The notes under the pieces were generated by a model that was not told the origin of the DNA, did no database searches, and saw nothing but the letters and a program-made list of their open reading frames with translations. From the human T2T-CHM13v2.0 reference genome, Homo sapiens, in the NCBI RefSeq assembly GCF_009914755.1, contig NC_060937.1: DNA of 64,000 nt; one strand, written 5' to 3'. This document shows, piece after piece, positions 1 to 14,171 of the stretch (position 1 is the stretch's first letter; each line of letters opens with the position of its first letter). The translations under genes and the position numbers were made by a program.

Positions 1-1699
1 TGATACTTCAGGATTTGTTTTTTTTGCTTAGTCCTGCTTTGGCTATGTGGGCTGTCTTTTTGGTACCACATAAATTTTAGGATTGTTTTTTCTAGTTCTG
101 TGAAAAATGATGATGGTATTTTGATGGAAATTGCATTGAATTTGTAGATTGTTCTGGCAGTATGGTCTTTTTTACGATATTGATTCTACCCATACATGAG
201 CATGGGATGTGTTTCCATTTGTGTCATCTATGATTTGTTTCAGCAGTGTTTTGTAATTTTCCTTAGAGGGCTTTCACCTCCTTGATTGGGTATATTCCTA
301 AGTTTTTGTTAGTTAGTTTGTTTTTTGTTTTTGTTTTAGCAGCTATTGTAAAGGGGGTTGAGTTCTTGATTTGATTCTCAGCTTGGTCGCTGTTGGTGTA
401 TAGCAGTGCTACTAATTTTTGTACATTGATTTTTGTATTCTGAAAATTTGCTGAGTTTGTTTATCAGATCTAGGAGCTTTTTGGATGAGTCTTTAGGGTT
501 TTCCAGGTATACGATCGTATCAGCAGTGAACAGCAACAGTTGAATTCCTCTTTACTGATTTGGATGTCCTTTGTTCCTTTCTCTTGTCTGATTATTCTGA
601 CTAGGACTTCAAGTACTATGCTGACTAGAAGTGGTGAAAGTTGCAATGCATGTCTTGTTCCAATTCTCAGGGGGAATGTTTTCAACTTTTTCCATTCCAT
701 ATAATGTTGGCTGTGCGTTTGTCATAGATGGCTTATATTACCTTAACTTATGTCCCTTCTATGCCAATTTTGCTAGGGGTTTTAATTATAGAGATGCTGG
801 ATTTTGTCAAATGCTTTTTCTGTGTCTGTTGAGATGATCATGTGATTTTTGTTTTTAATTTTGTTTATGGGGTGTTTCACATTTATTGACTTGCATATGT
901 TAAACCATTCCTGCATCCCTTATATGAAAACCACTTGATCATGATGGATTAACTTTTTGATATGATGTTGAATTTAGTTAGCTAGTAATTTGTTGAGGAT
1001 TTTTGCATCTGTGTTCATCAGGGATATTGGTCTGTAGTTTTCTTTTTTTGTTATGTCCTTTCCTGGTTTTGGTATTAGGGTAATACTGGCTTCGTAGAAT
1101 GACGTAGGCAAGATTTCCTCTTTCTCTATCTTTGGGAATAATGTCAATAGGAATATTACCAATTCTTCTTTGTTTAATTGGTCTGTTAGAATGGAATGAA
1201 GTTGTCTAATGAAATTCAGCTGTGAATCCATCTGGTCCTGAACCTTTTTTTGTTGGCAAAATTTTTATTACCATTTCAATCTTGCTGCTTGTTATTGGTC
1301 TGTTCAGAGTTTTTATTTCTTCCTGGTTTAATCTAGGAGGGTTGTGTATTTCCAGGAATTTATCAATTTCCTCTAGGTTATTTTTTTATGCACATAAAGG
1401 TGTTCATTATAGCCTTGAATGGTATTTGTATTTCTGTGATATGCATTGTAATGTCTCCCATTTCATTTCTAAATGAGCTCATTTGGATCTTGTCTCTTCT
1501 TGGTTAATCTTGCTAATGGTCTATCAATGTTATTTATCTTTTCAAAGAATTAGCTTTTTCTTTCATTTATCTTTTGTATTTTTTTTTCAATTTTATTTAG
1601 TTTTGCTCTGATCTTGGTTATTTTTTTTTCTCATGGGTTTGGGTTTGGTTTGCTTTTGTTTTTCTAGTTCCTTGAGGTGTGACCTTAGGTTGTCTATTT
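1..1699 (-). mobile_element. LINE-1 ORF2 fragment (older L1PB/L1MA-type), decayed, runs off the window start
   Basis: Minus-strand ORFs 974-1231 ([38 protein letters not shown]), 470-700 and 1593-1802 match L1 ORF2 peptides. Frameshifted. Confidence 0.93.
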
Positions 1700-2260
1700 C
1701 CACTTTTTCTCTTGGTGTTTTATAAATTCTTTGGTTTTTTTTCTTCTTTTTCTTTTTTTTGTTCTGACTGTTTCTCATTGCGGTTTGGTGGAATTTTGTC
1801 ATGGTATAATTTGATTTCTTTTTTCCTTTTCTTTTTTGTGATTGGTTTACCAGTGAATTTTACACTTACATGTATTTTCATAATAGTAAACCTTGCCCAC
1901 TTGGCCTATAAGATCAGACCTTCCTTGAGCATTTCTTGTAGGGCCATCTAATGGTCACAAATTTCATTAGCATTTGCTTATCTAGTAAAGTCTTGATTTC
2001 TCCTTCATTTATGAAAGTTAATCTTGCTTGATAAAAAATTCTTGGCTGGAATATTTTTTCTTTCGCAATTTGAATATATCATCCCATTCTCTTCTGGCCT
2101 GTAATATTTCTGCTGAGAAGTTCACTGTCAGTCTGAAGAGGTTTCTTTTTAAGTGGCCAGATACTTTCATCTTGCTGTTTTGAGAATTTGCTCTTCCACT
2201 TTGACTTTAAATAGTCTGATTTTCGTGTCTGTGGTGAAGTTCTTTTTGCATTACACTTTG
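1700..2260 (-). mobile_element. Old L1M fragment (ORF1/inter-ORF region)
   Basis: 'ttcattagcatttgcttatctagtaaagtcttgatttctccttcatttatgaaag...attcttggctgg' is typical antisense L1 ORF1 sequence. Confidence 0.65.
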
Positions 2261-2279
2261 CATATTGTCAAAAATTAAC

Positions 2280-3000
2280 AGTATAAAAATATAGCCTCTC
2301 CTTAACCATGAAGAATACATACTTCTCTATTTTTTAGGTTGTTTAAAATTTATGCAAATTTTTTTTGCATTTTAGTATAAAGACTTTCACAGTTTTGTCA
2401 AATTTAGTCGAGAATTTCCTATTTTTAATTTATTGTAAATTATTTAAAATATCTTATTTGTCATAATATGTTGCTATTACATAGAAATATAATTAATTTT
2501 TTAAGTATTTATTTTGGTCCCTATAATTTTGATTTACTTACTTATTAATATCAGTCATTCTTTGTTCATTTTATTAATTTTCTGTATAGATGATCATGTT
2601 TTCTGTGAATGAGAAGTATTACTCTTGCTTTCCAATCCGGATGCTTTTTATTTCTTTTTAATATCTGATTGCATTGTACAGTACCTCTATTCAGTACAAT
2701 GTTAAAGAAGAGTAAAGAAAGGAGATATATTTTTTCTTATCTTACATAAAAATATTTTAGGCTTTCAGAATAAATATGTTGCTAGCTGTAGTTACTTGTA
2801 AAAATCCTATATCAGGTTGAAAACTTTCCCTTGTTTCTTGCTTTAGTAATATTTTTGGGTTTTCTAAGAGTGTGTGTTTTTTGTTTGTTTTTTTTTACAA
2901 TTACTGTGGATGTTGAATTTTGTCAAATCTTTTATTTATTGAGGTGATTATAGGGTCTTACTTATTTTTTTTTACTTTGTTTATATGGCAAATTAAATTT
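2280..3000 (-). mobile_element. Highly decayed L1M (L1ME-like) ORF2 remnant
   Basis: T-rich antisense L1-like motifs, e.g. 'ttccaatccggatgctttttatttc' and 'ggatgttgaattttgtcaaat'. Confidence 0.5.
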
Positions 3001-4480
3001 AAACCTGCCCTGCAGGAGATACTAAAAGAAGTTCTTTAGGGAGAAAGAAAATAACAGAAGTCAGAAACTTGTATCTACAAACAGTAGAGAAGAGTGTCAG
3101 AGAAGAAATACACCAAGGTAAAACAAACAAACAAACATATTCTTTGACTTCTCTTCCTCTTAATGAATCTAAATGGTAATTTTTGAGGTAATAATAGAAA
3201 AAATATATTGAGTGATTATAGTGTATGGATACATTAAATAACAGTGTTGTTAAATGAGATGAGAGAAAGAAATTAGAAATATACTGTTGTATTTATATAA
3301 TTAACTCTTTGATCTTAATATAGATACAGATAGTTACATATAAAATACTTATAAGTATTTGTATACACATTGGGAAATATGCATGTATTTATTATTGTGG
3401 TCAGGTGAGAACACCTAGTCTCAATGACCACCCTGATAATCCAGTTAGTAGGCATACCTAATACCCGGATCTTTCTTTCTAATACAATTTTGGAATTTAA
3501 AAAAACCTAGGGATTATTGGAGAAATGGCTCCTGCTAAGATTTGGGCAGGAAATATACAAAATAAGCCTGGAGTACCAGAAAGTATGGAAATACTTTAAA
3601 AAATGATCTGCATATATGAAGAAGACATAGGAACCAATTGATAGGGCTTCAAATGGCTAAAGCTTGAACAACCTAAGCAACATAAATAAATTTGTATTAG
3701 ATTATAAACAAAATAATAAATATCTGTGATTCCATATTGACATAATTAAAATGATTAAAAATAAATACAGATAAAAGAAAAATCTCCCATGCTTAAAAAT
3801 TTAAAATCATTTAGACAATTCTACCCTTAAGAGCAGGGTGCATAACTCTCCACTTCTGAAGTGTGGACTGTGCATTATGATGTTTCCAGAGTGCAGTATG
3901 AAGGAGGTTGAGAGTGGAGGTGTAAGAGCAACATTATCATTGAGGAACCTGAAAAATAAACACTATCCCAACCAGATGATCAAGGTCAATGTAAACCATA
4001 AAAAATCATTTGATAATATGTGCCCTTGATATGATCTGATAAAAGTTACACATTACTTCTGTGATCTTCCTCCAAAAAACCCATCAACTTCAGTCAAAGA
4101 TTGAGAAATACATTAGACAAATTTCAATATAATGGCTTCCTACAAAATATCTGATGATTATTTCTTACAATTCTCAAAGTTTTCAATAACAAAGGAAGTC
4201 TGGGAAATTATCAATGTCAGAAGGAGTTTATGGAAACACGACAAATAAATGTGATACTATATCCTGGATGGAATAGTGAAACACTATGCCATTATACCTA
4301 ATGGCATTAGGTATAAACTGAGAAAATCTGAATAACACTTTAATTTTAGTTAACTACTGCTTATAATAAAATAATAATAATACATTAATATTGGTTCATT
4401 GTGACATATATAATATATTAATTTAAGATGTTAATATTAGGGGGAACTGGGTATGCATATGGGAACTCTACTATCTTTTC
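3001..4480 (+). mobile_element. Old L1M pieces (ORF1 end followed by L1MC/MD-type 3' end)
   Basis: 'acctgccctgcaggagatactaaaagaagttc' (ORF1 end). 'acttctgtgatcttcctccaaaaaacccat' and 'gatgttaatattaggggg aactggg...gggaactctac' (L1MC-type 3' UTR). Confidence 0.6.
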
Positions 4481-5534
4481 CTGTAATACAATATAGTCTA
4501 GGAAAACTATTGAATGCTGCCATTATATGTTATCATATTTCACTTTTGTTCTATAATGTATTCATCAGGGATTCTAAGCAATGATTTTTTTTCACCAAAT
4601 TCATGCTTCCAAAGGCAAAAGAATAATGAATAAAAAATTGAGAAGATGTTTTGAATAGGTGGCAATCTAAATGCCAAGCCTCATGATGATTCAAAATAAA
4701 ATACCACTAAATTTAAGAACCTTATGACACAGATATTTAAAATGCCAAAATGTAATGTTATCATAAAGTAATTTATATTGCTTTTCAAAATTGCAATTTT
4801 CAAGTGTTCATTCATTAATTCTAAACGTACCATGGAATATAATTTTGTGAATAAATAGGCTTACTATTTATGTAGTCACATAAAAATAGACTCCAGTATA
4901 AGCAACCAAGAAGATAGACTGTATATAGATGTGCGATATATTCAATATGATTAATCCTTGATATTTAAAGCTTAGAACCAAAATGGAATGGTACAAGCTT
5001 CGGGTAGATCAAAACTCAAGGAGAGAGTCAAGCTGGCAGCTAGGCCAGTTCATGACCCTTATAAAACATTTAATGATTGTTTATTGTTTTCAACTTTGTA
5101 GCATTTGAACCCACCATGGATGCGCAGTAAACAACATTATAGTAAAGCCCCCAAATAGTCATTTTGTCTCTATCTTTTAAGAAATAGAAAAGGCACTAAC
5201 ATAAAATATGGAAAAATTCCCCTTATAAAATATTATCAATTATACTGTTAGTGTATATTGTATTGTGGCATTTATTTTAACTCTCCTCATTTTCCATGAA
5301 AACTCTACTTTGCCAGGTGAATAACGTATATCATGCATTTAGAAAATGTGTATTTATAAGGTAAGTCTTGTAAAAAGCTTGTCTTTAATAAGTGTCAGCC
5401 AATGAAAATAAACACGTAGAAATTATATCTGGAAAATCTTAATGTCATCAGCAAATGCAATACACTATTACCAGTTCTCATATGCTCAAACTTTAGGCTA
5501 TCAATTTGTTATTGTTGCTATTGCTTTTCTTCAT

Positions 5535-5615
5535 TTTTTTCCACTTTTTCTCCTCTTCCTCTTACTCGTTCCTCTTCTTCTTTCTCCTCTTCCTCCTTCT
5601 GCTTCTTCTGCTTCA
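5535..5615. repeat. Degenerate (CTT/CCT)n polypyrimidine tract
   Basis: tcctcttcctcttactcgttcctcttcttctttctcctcttcctccttct seen directly. Confidence 0.8.
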
Positions 5616-6137
5616 CATTTATAACTCCAATTTGAATTTTGAAACTGTGGTGATCCCTCACTTACGATTTCAAATAAATTTATTAATTATGAATTAATCT
5701 ATACACATAAATATAAAATTCAGTCTGCTCAACATTTAAAAATGTGTCAATGACTTTCAGCACTTATAGAGTTATATTAGAGGATTAAGTTTTTAAAATA
5801 TAAACTATTCATTATAGAATAATTCTAAGATTCTTCTCAATTAAATCAGCAATTATTCACTTGTGTAACTATAACTAAAATACAACAAGTGAAGTATAAT
5901 TACCAATTCGGAAATACATGACATGTAAATTATGACATCTGAATATATAATAAACAGATTTAAATATGAACCCAAATTAAATATCACAAATGCTCTGAAT
6001 GACAGGTATTGACTTTTATATAAGCGTCTGTAGACATTACTCTTCAGGGTAAGTAGCTACAGGAATTTTATACATTTATTGAGAGCTATTGATTCCCCTA
6101 AGATCAGAAAGACAATGAATACTTATTGTAGAATATT

Positions 6138-6270
6138 ATTCATTCATCTATCCTTTCACTCAACAAATATTTATTAGGCTCCACCTGTTCCAGGTATTGC
6201 TGAAAGCTAGAAGTTACAATAAGGGCCAATAGAGAAATTTATCCCGTTTATGAAACTTATATTTAGTGAA
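6138..6270 (-). mobile_element. L2 3' end relic
   Basis: 'attcattcat...caacaaatatttattaggctccacctgttccaggtattg' matches the antisense L2 3' terminus. Confidence 0.55.
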
Positions 6271-8163
6271 TATCTTTTGTATATCTTGAAATCTAATATC
6301 TCAGATATTAGTTACCTAATAATCTAACATCTAATCTTAATTCATATAATTATTAGATATTAGAATTAGAGATATAAAATTTTAATTGTATATATTAGAC
6401 AATGCATACAAGTTTCAGTGGATATAGGCCTTTATGGTATTTATCTTTAATACTGAAAATCTGAATGCAACTAAATTTCTATTTTGCCGATTTAGGATTC
6501 CCTCAATAATTTCTTCTCAGGTTTTGCTTAAGAGAATGCTATGACAGTTTCATCCATTCGTTCTCTCTTTAATGCATTTTTTCAGCAACATTTGTCAAAT
6601 GCAGGGTGTTCTATGCATGGCACTAGAATAATAAAGCATGGTCCTATTTTCAAGAAACTTAAGGGGCAGTAAGACAAATCCAAAATGTTAAATAAATAGA
6701 TACAGAACTAGTTGTCTTTCAAGTCACTATTTTCTCCTGATTTGACCTCAGATTCCAAACCTTCTACCCTTTAGAGTAAAAAGCAGGGTAATTCCAGGAT
6801 GGAAAGTGAGGTTTCCGTTCAACATTTACCAATAAATAGAGTTTGTTTTTATATCCTGGATGTCTGAGATGGTATCTGGCACAAAGTCATCACTCCAAAT
6901 TAATGCTTAATTAGTTAAAGAATAATTTAAATAACTACTAATTTTTTAGTAAATTGGGCAATAAGAAGTTGTTTCAGGGCACTGTTTAGTGTAAATGATA
7001 GCACATGAACCTACAAGATTGAGTTGAGATTAACAGACTTCTGTGGTCACCTTGGAAGGAATATGCGGCCCAGGACAGAATCAGTAGCATAATGACTTAC
7101 ATATATATGATTTTAGTGATGAGTCACACACAGATTTTTACAGGGTATATGAAGACATTAGAAAAATTAACACATTTAATTTGTATGTGTGTATGCAAGG
7201 TATACGTTATTTTAAAAAACTGGTGAAGCAGGAGCAGAAATTTCATTTAGTAACACGCATTTTTAATCTATGGGGTCATATAATTTTATTTTAGAAGCTG
7301 AGTTACAGAACTATCTTGACTCCCAATATTACGATCCTTTGTTCTTTAGCATTTTCCACTACAAGGAGAAATGGTGACTTAAAGTAATGACTTAGAGCAG
7401 GAAATCCTCTGCAATAATATCTACTCAATCTTCATCAGTAATATCCTACTTTTAACATATGATGCAAACTCCTAAAAATCTGTAAATACAAGGATAAAAT
7501 ACCTTACTTTTTCTATCTTGAAATAGTATTTTTATAACTTACCATTTTCTTCTATGTTATGGATTTAGCTTGTAAATATCTGTTAACAAATTGGTTCTAC
7601 AAGATATATAAAAATCTCATGTGACTTTTCACATTTGCTCTTTATTCCAGTTTGTACGATAGAGAATTCTCTATTTCATCATCTTTTCTGCAAATGCAAT
7701 AGGAAATTCTTTTGTGTTTTTGGCCTTTAAATTCAGTAAAAATGTTAAAAAAAAAAAAAAGAAAATTTTCCCAGAATAAGAAGTAATAATGGAGAAAGAT
7801 ATGAGCAGTGTAGCATACAGACTAGAATATTAGTTAATATGGCTGGCATGTTTTATGTGAAGCGTCTTTTTAGGTAATAAAGTTCTAACTTGTAAACTTG
7901 CTCAGGCATGGAAGCAGAAGACTTTTTATTTCTCTTATCCATGGAGAATTCAATTAGCCATTTTAACTGACTTCTCTTGATGAAAATAAAACATCCTAAA
8001 GTTTCTCTATCACAATTTTTTGAAAATATTTATCATATAGTGACTAATAAAGAATACTTATAAGGTAGAACTCACAAATGTGCCTCTCAGTTTGCCTTTG
8101 TTCTATTTTACTTTATACCAGATATCTATATTATATATATAGTAGCTTTTTATGTAATTATAG

Positions 8164-8484
<321 letters not shown>

Positions 8485-9829
8485 TAAAGTAAGCATTTTA
8501 AACATGCTCCATAGATTAGTGGCTAAAGAAGCCAGTTCTCAGAATCATAATAGAACACCATTGCATGTTTCCTTCTTCTAAAAATTATAATTGTCAAGTT
8601 TCCTCTCCATCACAGAACAGTGGAAAGATCCACTTGGGTTTTTCCAGGCTTTTTTTTAAGTAAGAAATCCTCTCTCGGGATTTCTATCTCAATTTCTCTT
8701 CTTACAATCTGACAAGCCAGAATTGATAGTTGAATAACTCAATTAAAACTTTTTTTGCCGTTTCTCTCCCATTGCCTGAATATTATATAAATGATTCCTA
8801 TTAAATGTATGAGCAAAGTGAAATGACTTTGTAGGAGCTGAACCTTTGATAGCTAGGGATTAACTTTTCTGTGTTTGCACATGAAGGTCCCCTTTCATTC
8901 TTTATAAGTGGGTTCTAATGATATAGAAACTCCATTTATCATGGTACATTAATTAGATGTGCTGTACTCCCTAAGATAAAATGCATAATAAAAATGTAAA
9001 GTCACATGAAGCAACCTTTCCTCTTAAGAATGTCAGAACCAGGTTATTCAAACTCAAAGCGCACATTTTTCTATCTTTTCTTAACTTTAATAAGCTATTG
9101 TTACCTTTTACACAAAGCAATACTTCTTTCCTGTTCATCAGGTTTATCCTACCCTTTAATTTTTCAGAGTGCTCAAATATGAGTCAGTTCATTAAGTGAC
9201 ATATACATATACTAAGTTCTTGACATTTTTCACCTCTGTCCTTTTTCTGTCCATCCTGTATATAGACAAAGTGAATAAATTGACCCCATTGAAAGCTCTG
9301 CACTCCTACCATTTTTCTGATTTCACTGACCACAACCAATTAATTTTACCTTTTCCCTGGATAGTTTCTCTGAATTCAGAGTCGCTCTGTGTGTCTTCTA
9401 ATACTCTCTTATTCGGACATCAGAGCTGTAAGAAGAGACATGAGGTTTTCAGACATTTCTTATGCTTCCACCTCTATCCCTTTTATTTTATTTATGTATT
9501 AGGAAAAAAGAATTCTGGGTAAGGATGCAAGATAACTAAGTTTCAAGTGTAGTTTCACCAGGAATGTAGTGATTGACCTACACTTACATTTTCTGACCTA
9601 TAAAATGAGTATGTGATTAGAGAAACTCAAAATTTTTCATAAGGTTTGACAACTTATTACATAAATAAAATTATATCTTACAGAAAATTTAATTTGTATC
9701 ATTGATAATATTTTATCAGTAAAATGACAGCAAATAAAATTCTATTTATCATATCTTATAGGAAATATTATTTCATGATATAATTAAATATTATGTCATA
9801 CAGGAAATATCATTATTCAGATTTAATAA

Positions 9830-10990
9830 TTGGGGAGGCTTCCATTCTATGATCCAACGTGAAAAAAAACTTGAAGTCATCTCTCCCATTTGCAAGCAAG
9901 AGAAAAGCTAAGCAAACTGACAGTCACAAACTCTTCTTTGGATCCATTAGAGAGTTGAGGTTACAGGGAAAACTGCTGTCCCAAACTGAAGAGACAGACA
10001 GCTGGCTACAGAGATCCCTGCAGCTGAAGCTACTGTCAATAAGAATATTTTAAACTGCAATTGATGAATAGCTTGAGGCTCAATGTAGACAAGCTTGAGT
10101 GTTAAAAACTCTGAAGGGACCCAGTTTTAGGGGTCACCTCACACTTTCTTGAGTTTACCTCCAGGAGCCATATCAGTTTCTCACTGTACAAATTAAAAAA
10201 AAAATCATTTCATGCTTTGGGCAGGGAAGGGGAAAAGTAACAATTTTTAAATATGCCCAGAGCGATCCCTTCTCCTTAGCAAAGCCTGCCCTCAGGGAAA
10301 AGTATTTTACCAGAACCTAACTGACTGAGGTTTTACCAAAGGATAAACCACATGGGAGGAAATACCTAACTCCAACCCCTACTATACTTTGCCATGAGGG
10401 AAATATATATATATATATACATTACTGAGGCTCACTATATGACAAACAACTAATCGTAAGACAATATATCATTTTCTCTCACCCCAAAACTTTGCACATC
10501 AGTAGGGCTGCTGTATAATGACAAGATATTGATATTACAGCTAAAACAACTCTGAGCCTCAGACTCTACTTAAAAACTCTCTAGGAATGTCCACAAATAA
10601 GAGGGGGAACAAAAACAAGAACACTATAAAAACTTTAGTCTCTGACACTACAACTACAGCAAACAATAAACACAGCCTAACTCCTGGCCAGAAACATATA
10701 AACCTCACACTAAATCCTATCTGCATTAGTTCTTCTTTCTTTTTATCCAATACAACATGTTCAGATTTCAATAAAATGCATAAATCAGGTTAAAAGGTAA
10801 AAAACAGTCTGAAGAGATAAACTGAGTCTCAGAAACAAATTGAGATATGGCAGATATTTTGGGAATTGTATCAGAAATTTGAAATAACTATGATTAATAT
10901 GCAAAGGGATCTAATGCAAAAAATAGACAACATACAAGAATAAATGGGTATAGCAGAGAGATGGAAGCTCTAAGAATAAATCAGAAAAGG
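9830..10990 (+). mobile_element. Old L1M 5' UTR/ORF1-start fragment
   Basis: Ends in ORF1-like 'tttgaaataactatgattaatatgcaaagggatctaatg...agacaacatacaagaa...agagagatggaagctctaag'. Its 5' part resembles 17041-17110 plus 20536-20860. Confidence 0.6.
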
Positions 10991-11449
10991 ACTTTTTAGC
11001 TTCAGCTTAAGGCATGAATGTAGCAATATAGATTCACATCACTGATAGGAAAATGGAGTTTTTTCTTAGTTACTAAGAGGCAAGTGTAAAACAAACTAAT
11101 CTAAAAGGCATTTAAAATTAGATTTTAAAAATTAAGCCTGCTTAATTAAGAAAAACATAATATGAACCTTTACTTTTCATATGAAGTTTCAGTCTATATC
11201 TTAGTTGCTAAAACAATTCAAAGAAAATGACTTTAAATTGATTATAATTTATTTGTTGTGGCTTTATAAGTCTATATGCTTTTAAACCAGCTCCTTCACA
11301 ATTCTTTCTTTTTTTCTCTTTCTCTCTGTGTCTTTCATTTTGTGTGTGTGAGCTTTTCTTTCAATGGAAGGGGAAGAAAGCTAACTCTATAAGAAAAAGT
11401 CCAACTGAACAATATAAGATAATAAAAAGTGATGCATATTAGTCTTTTT

Positions 11450-11670
11450 TATGTAGCCAGGCACTATTCTTAGTATGCTTACCTTTATTTATTAAATCCT
11501 TATCTTGCATCAACCTCATGAAATAGATTTTATCATTGTCCACACTTTGCAGATGAGGGAACTGAAGCACAAAAGGTTTTACAACATGTTAAAAATCACA
11601 GTTAGAGATAATGCTGTGGTTCAAACCCAGATGGTTTCTTCCTGGACTCGGCACTCCTAGTCTCTTACTG
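11450..11670 (-). mobile_element. MIR
   Basis: Antisense core 'tttgcagatgagggaactgaagcac' and 'ttcaaacccag'. Confidence 0.75.
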
Positions 11671-11853
11671 GACTATTTTTTCAATGACAGGAAAAATATC
11701 CATGTTTCCTAGAAAATAAAATATAGCTCATATTTTAGATAACGTCTATACTTACAGCTACAGTTGCCCTCCAAATACCATAAGAAAAATAAAAATAAGA
11801 ATACTTACGGAAAAATTGTAAACAGTCAAAATGTAAAATAATACATAAAAATC

Positions 11854-11950
11854 TTTTTTTTTTTTGAGACGGTCAGCCTCTGTCACCCAGGCTGGAGTGT
11901 AGTGGCACGATCTCAGCTCACTGCAACCTCTGCCTCTCTGGCTCAAGCGT
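11854..11950 (-). mobile_element. 5'-truncated Alu (3' end of right arm)
   Basis: Poly-T followed by 'gagacgg...tgtcacccaggctggagtgtagtggcacgatctcagctcactgcaacctc...ctcaagcg'. Confidence 0.9.
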
Positions 11951-14039
11951 AAAAGCCTTTACTAAGTAAATAGTTTTACTTGGGTGGGGGTTGAGTTTGA
12001 ATTATATAAGAAACCAGGCACTAAGAATACTTACATGCCTAGAAAAATAACATATAATAAATGTGATAAATTATAGAAATTATTTAAAAACTCTTAACTG
12101 TTAAATACTAAAATACCTAAGTACCAATTTAGCAATTGTCAAATAAAATAATAAAACAGAAAGTAATTTTCATTTGTGCTACAGTTTTTGTCAAAGTTGT
12201 AAGCATAAATGTAACTACAGTGTGAATAATTTTAAGTAAAGCAAAAATCAAAGAATACCTGGGTTAACTTACACTAACTAAATAAGAAATTATTACAAAT
12301 AACTTCATGTCAAGGTTCCAGCACTGTAATGATTTTAAATTAGAAAACATTTCTGGGATAGGTTGCGCATTTAACATTTTTAGGATCTGTCAATACGATC
12401 ACTTTTGGTATGAAACAGCCTATTTATTTTGATTAGAGCAAAAATCCCCCAATGAAACAATGAAACAGAAGCCAACAATAACACTTGACTAACCAATTGC
12501 CCAGCAGGCTACTCCATATCCTTGAGGATTCAAATGGGAAAACAAACAAACATCTGAAAATGTCAGTGTCACTTGCAGATTCCAGACACACCTTTTAAAA
12601 ATAACTTCTACAAATGCTGGAAAGCTTTAGATATGATCAAATGACCTAGGACTCTCTTTGTAGTTTTTATATTGCTAGAAATAAAACATTTTCTATAATT
12701 TCCATGATAGAAATGGAAACTTTTCTATCCCCACCATTAAATAGACTAAGTCAAACCTTCTGTGTTAAATATCTCATAAAAGTTGAAGAAATATATTTTG
12801 TTACCTGTTATTAGAAAGAAAATGGTTACATATAAATTGTTTTGCTCATGAGTGATTGAAATTCTCTGATAGGATATATAGTAAATTCAAAGAAAGAGCT
12901 TTTAATATAGGTATTATTTTCTTCCCCCAAATCTATCTATTGTGTGAATGTCTAACCAAGCAAGAATGATTCTCAAATTAAGTTGGATTTTCAGGAAAAA
13001 AAAATATTTGAAAACTGCACAATTTAAACCAAAAGTTTAATTCGACAGAGAAATATTGAGGGTGGATATCAGGTCTGCTTCAGGATAAAGTAATCATATA
13101 TGCCATGATTATTTATTTGTGCTGTTTAAATATGCAAAATTTGCATATTTGCATTTAAATATTTGCATATTTAAGCAAAAATAAATATATAAAAAATAAA
13201 TGTATACTCACTAGTAAGTGCCATCATTACTTTTACTAAGAAAGAAATCATGAGGAAAAGATTATAAAAAGTGCTATTTCTCTCTTGATATCCATACCAT
13301 GATCCTGAAATATAATAGAAGTATAATTCCACATGTATTATAAACAGAAGAAACACATTGCTGTTAGTATCTGTATATTTCATAACTATAGAATAACTTA
13401 GCTTCAGAAACAGACTCCATTTTGATCTCTTTGTGCTGTGATCACCTCAAAGCATTTGCTACTTCCCAGGAAGACAAAGGGATTTTCTTACCCTTATTCA
13501 TCTCTTATTGTGTCCTTTCGGGGTTTGTCTACATTCCCAGATTTTGAGAAAGACATGGTTTCAGATCTGAAAAAGATAGAGAATCTCTAACTCCAGAATT
13601 TCTATTTTAAACACAAAGAAAAAGAGCCCTAAGGAACTAAGAAGTCTAGAGATGGTTAAAATTGTATTTTTCTCTGTATTTCCCATATACTAGATATACT
13701 AAATATAATCTGCACAGAATTATGTCCCAATACATCTAAAATCCAATTGTCTGGGACTTAGAATACTTGGAAAGAAGGTGGGAGTAAATTAGGATTGTCT
13801 GAATCTCTTTAAATATGACAAGATGACTAACCTTTGGGGGTTTGAGGCTAATAATGTAGTTAGGAAGTCATTATACTTTTTTATTATTTAAGTTGAGAAA
13901 AATGAAGGGTGGTGCTAACATCTGAATAAAACTTTTTATTTTTCCTTAACTGAGACTTGGATGGAAAGTTTCAGAAATAATAGTGAAGATTTATCTCATT
14001 CTAATTTTTGCTTTAAGTGCATTACATTATTACATTAAC

Positions 14040-14170
14040 TTTTAACACATCTTTGAAGCAGATGAATTATTTTTCTTTTCTTTTAAAGGTGAGTAAATTT
14101 AGCAAAGAGAGATTAAAATATTTTACAATATCACATAAATTTTAGCATCTGGTTTAACCCCAGGCAGTCT
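14040..14170 (-). mobile_element. MIR fragment
   Basis: 'ttttaaaggtgagtaaatttagcaaagagagattaaaata...tttaacccca ggcagtct'. Confidence 0.45.
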
Positions 14171-14171
14171 T

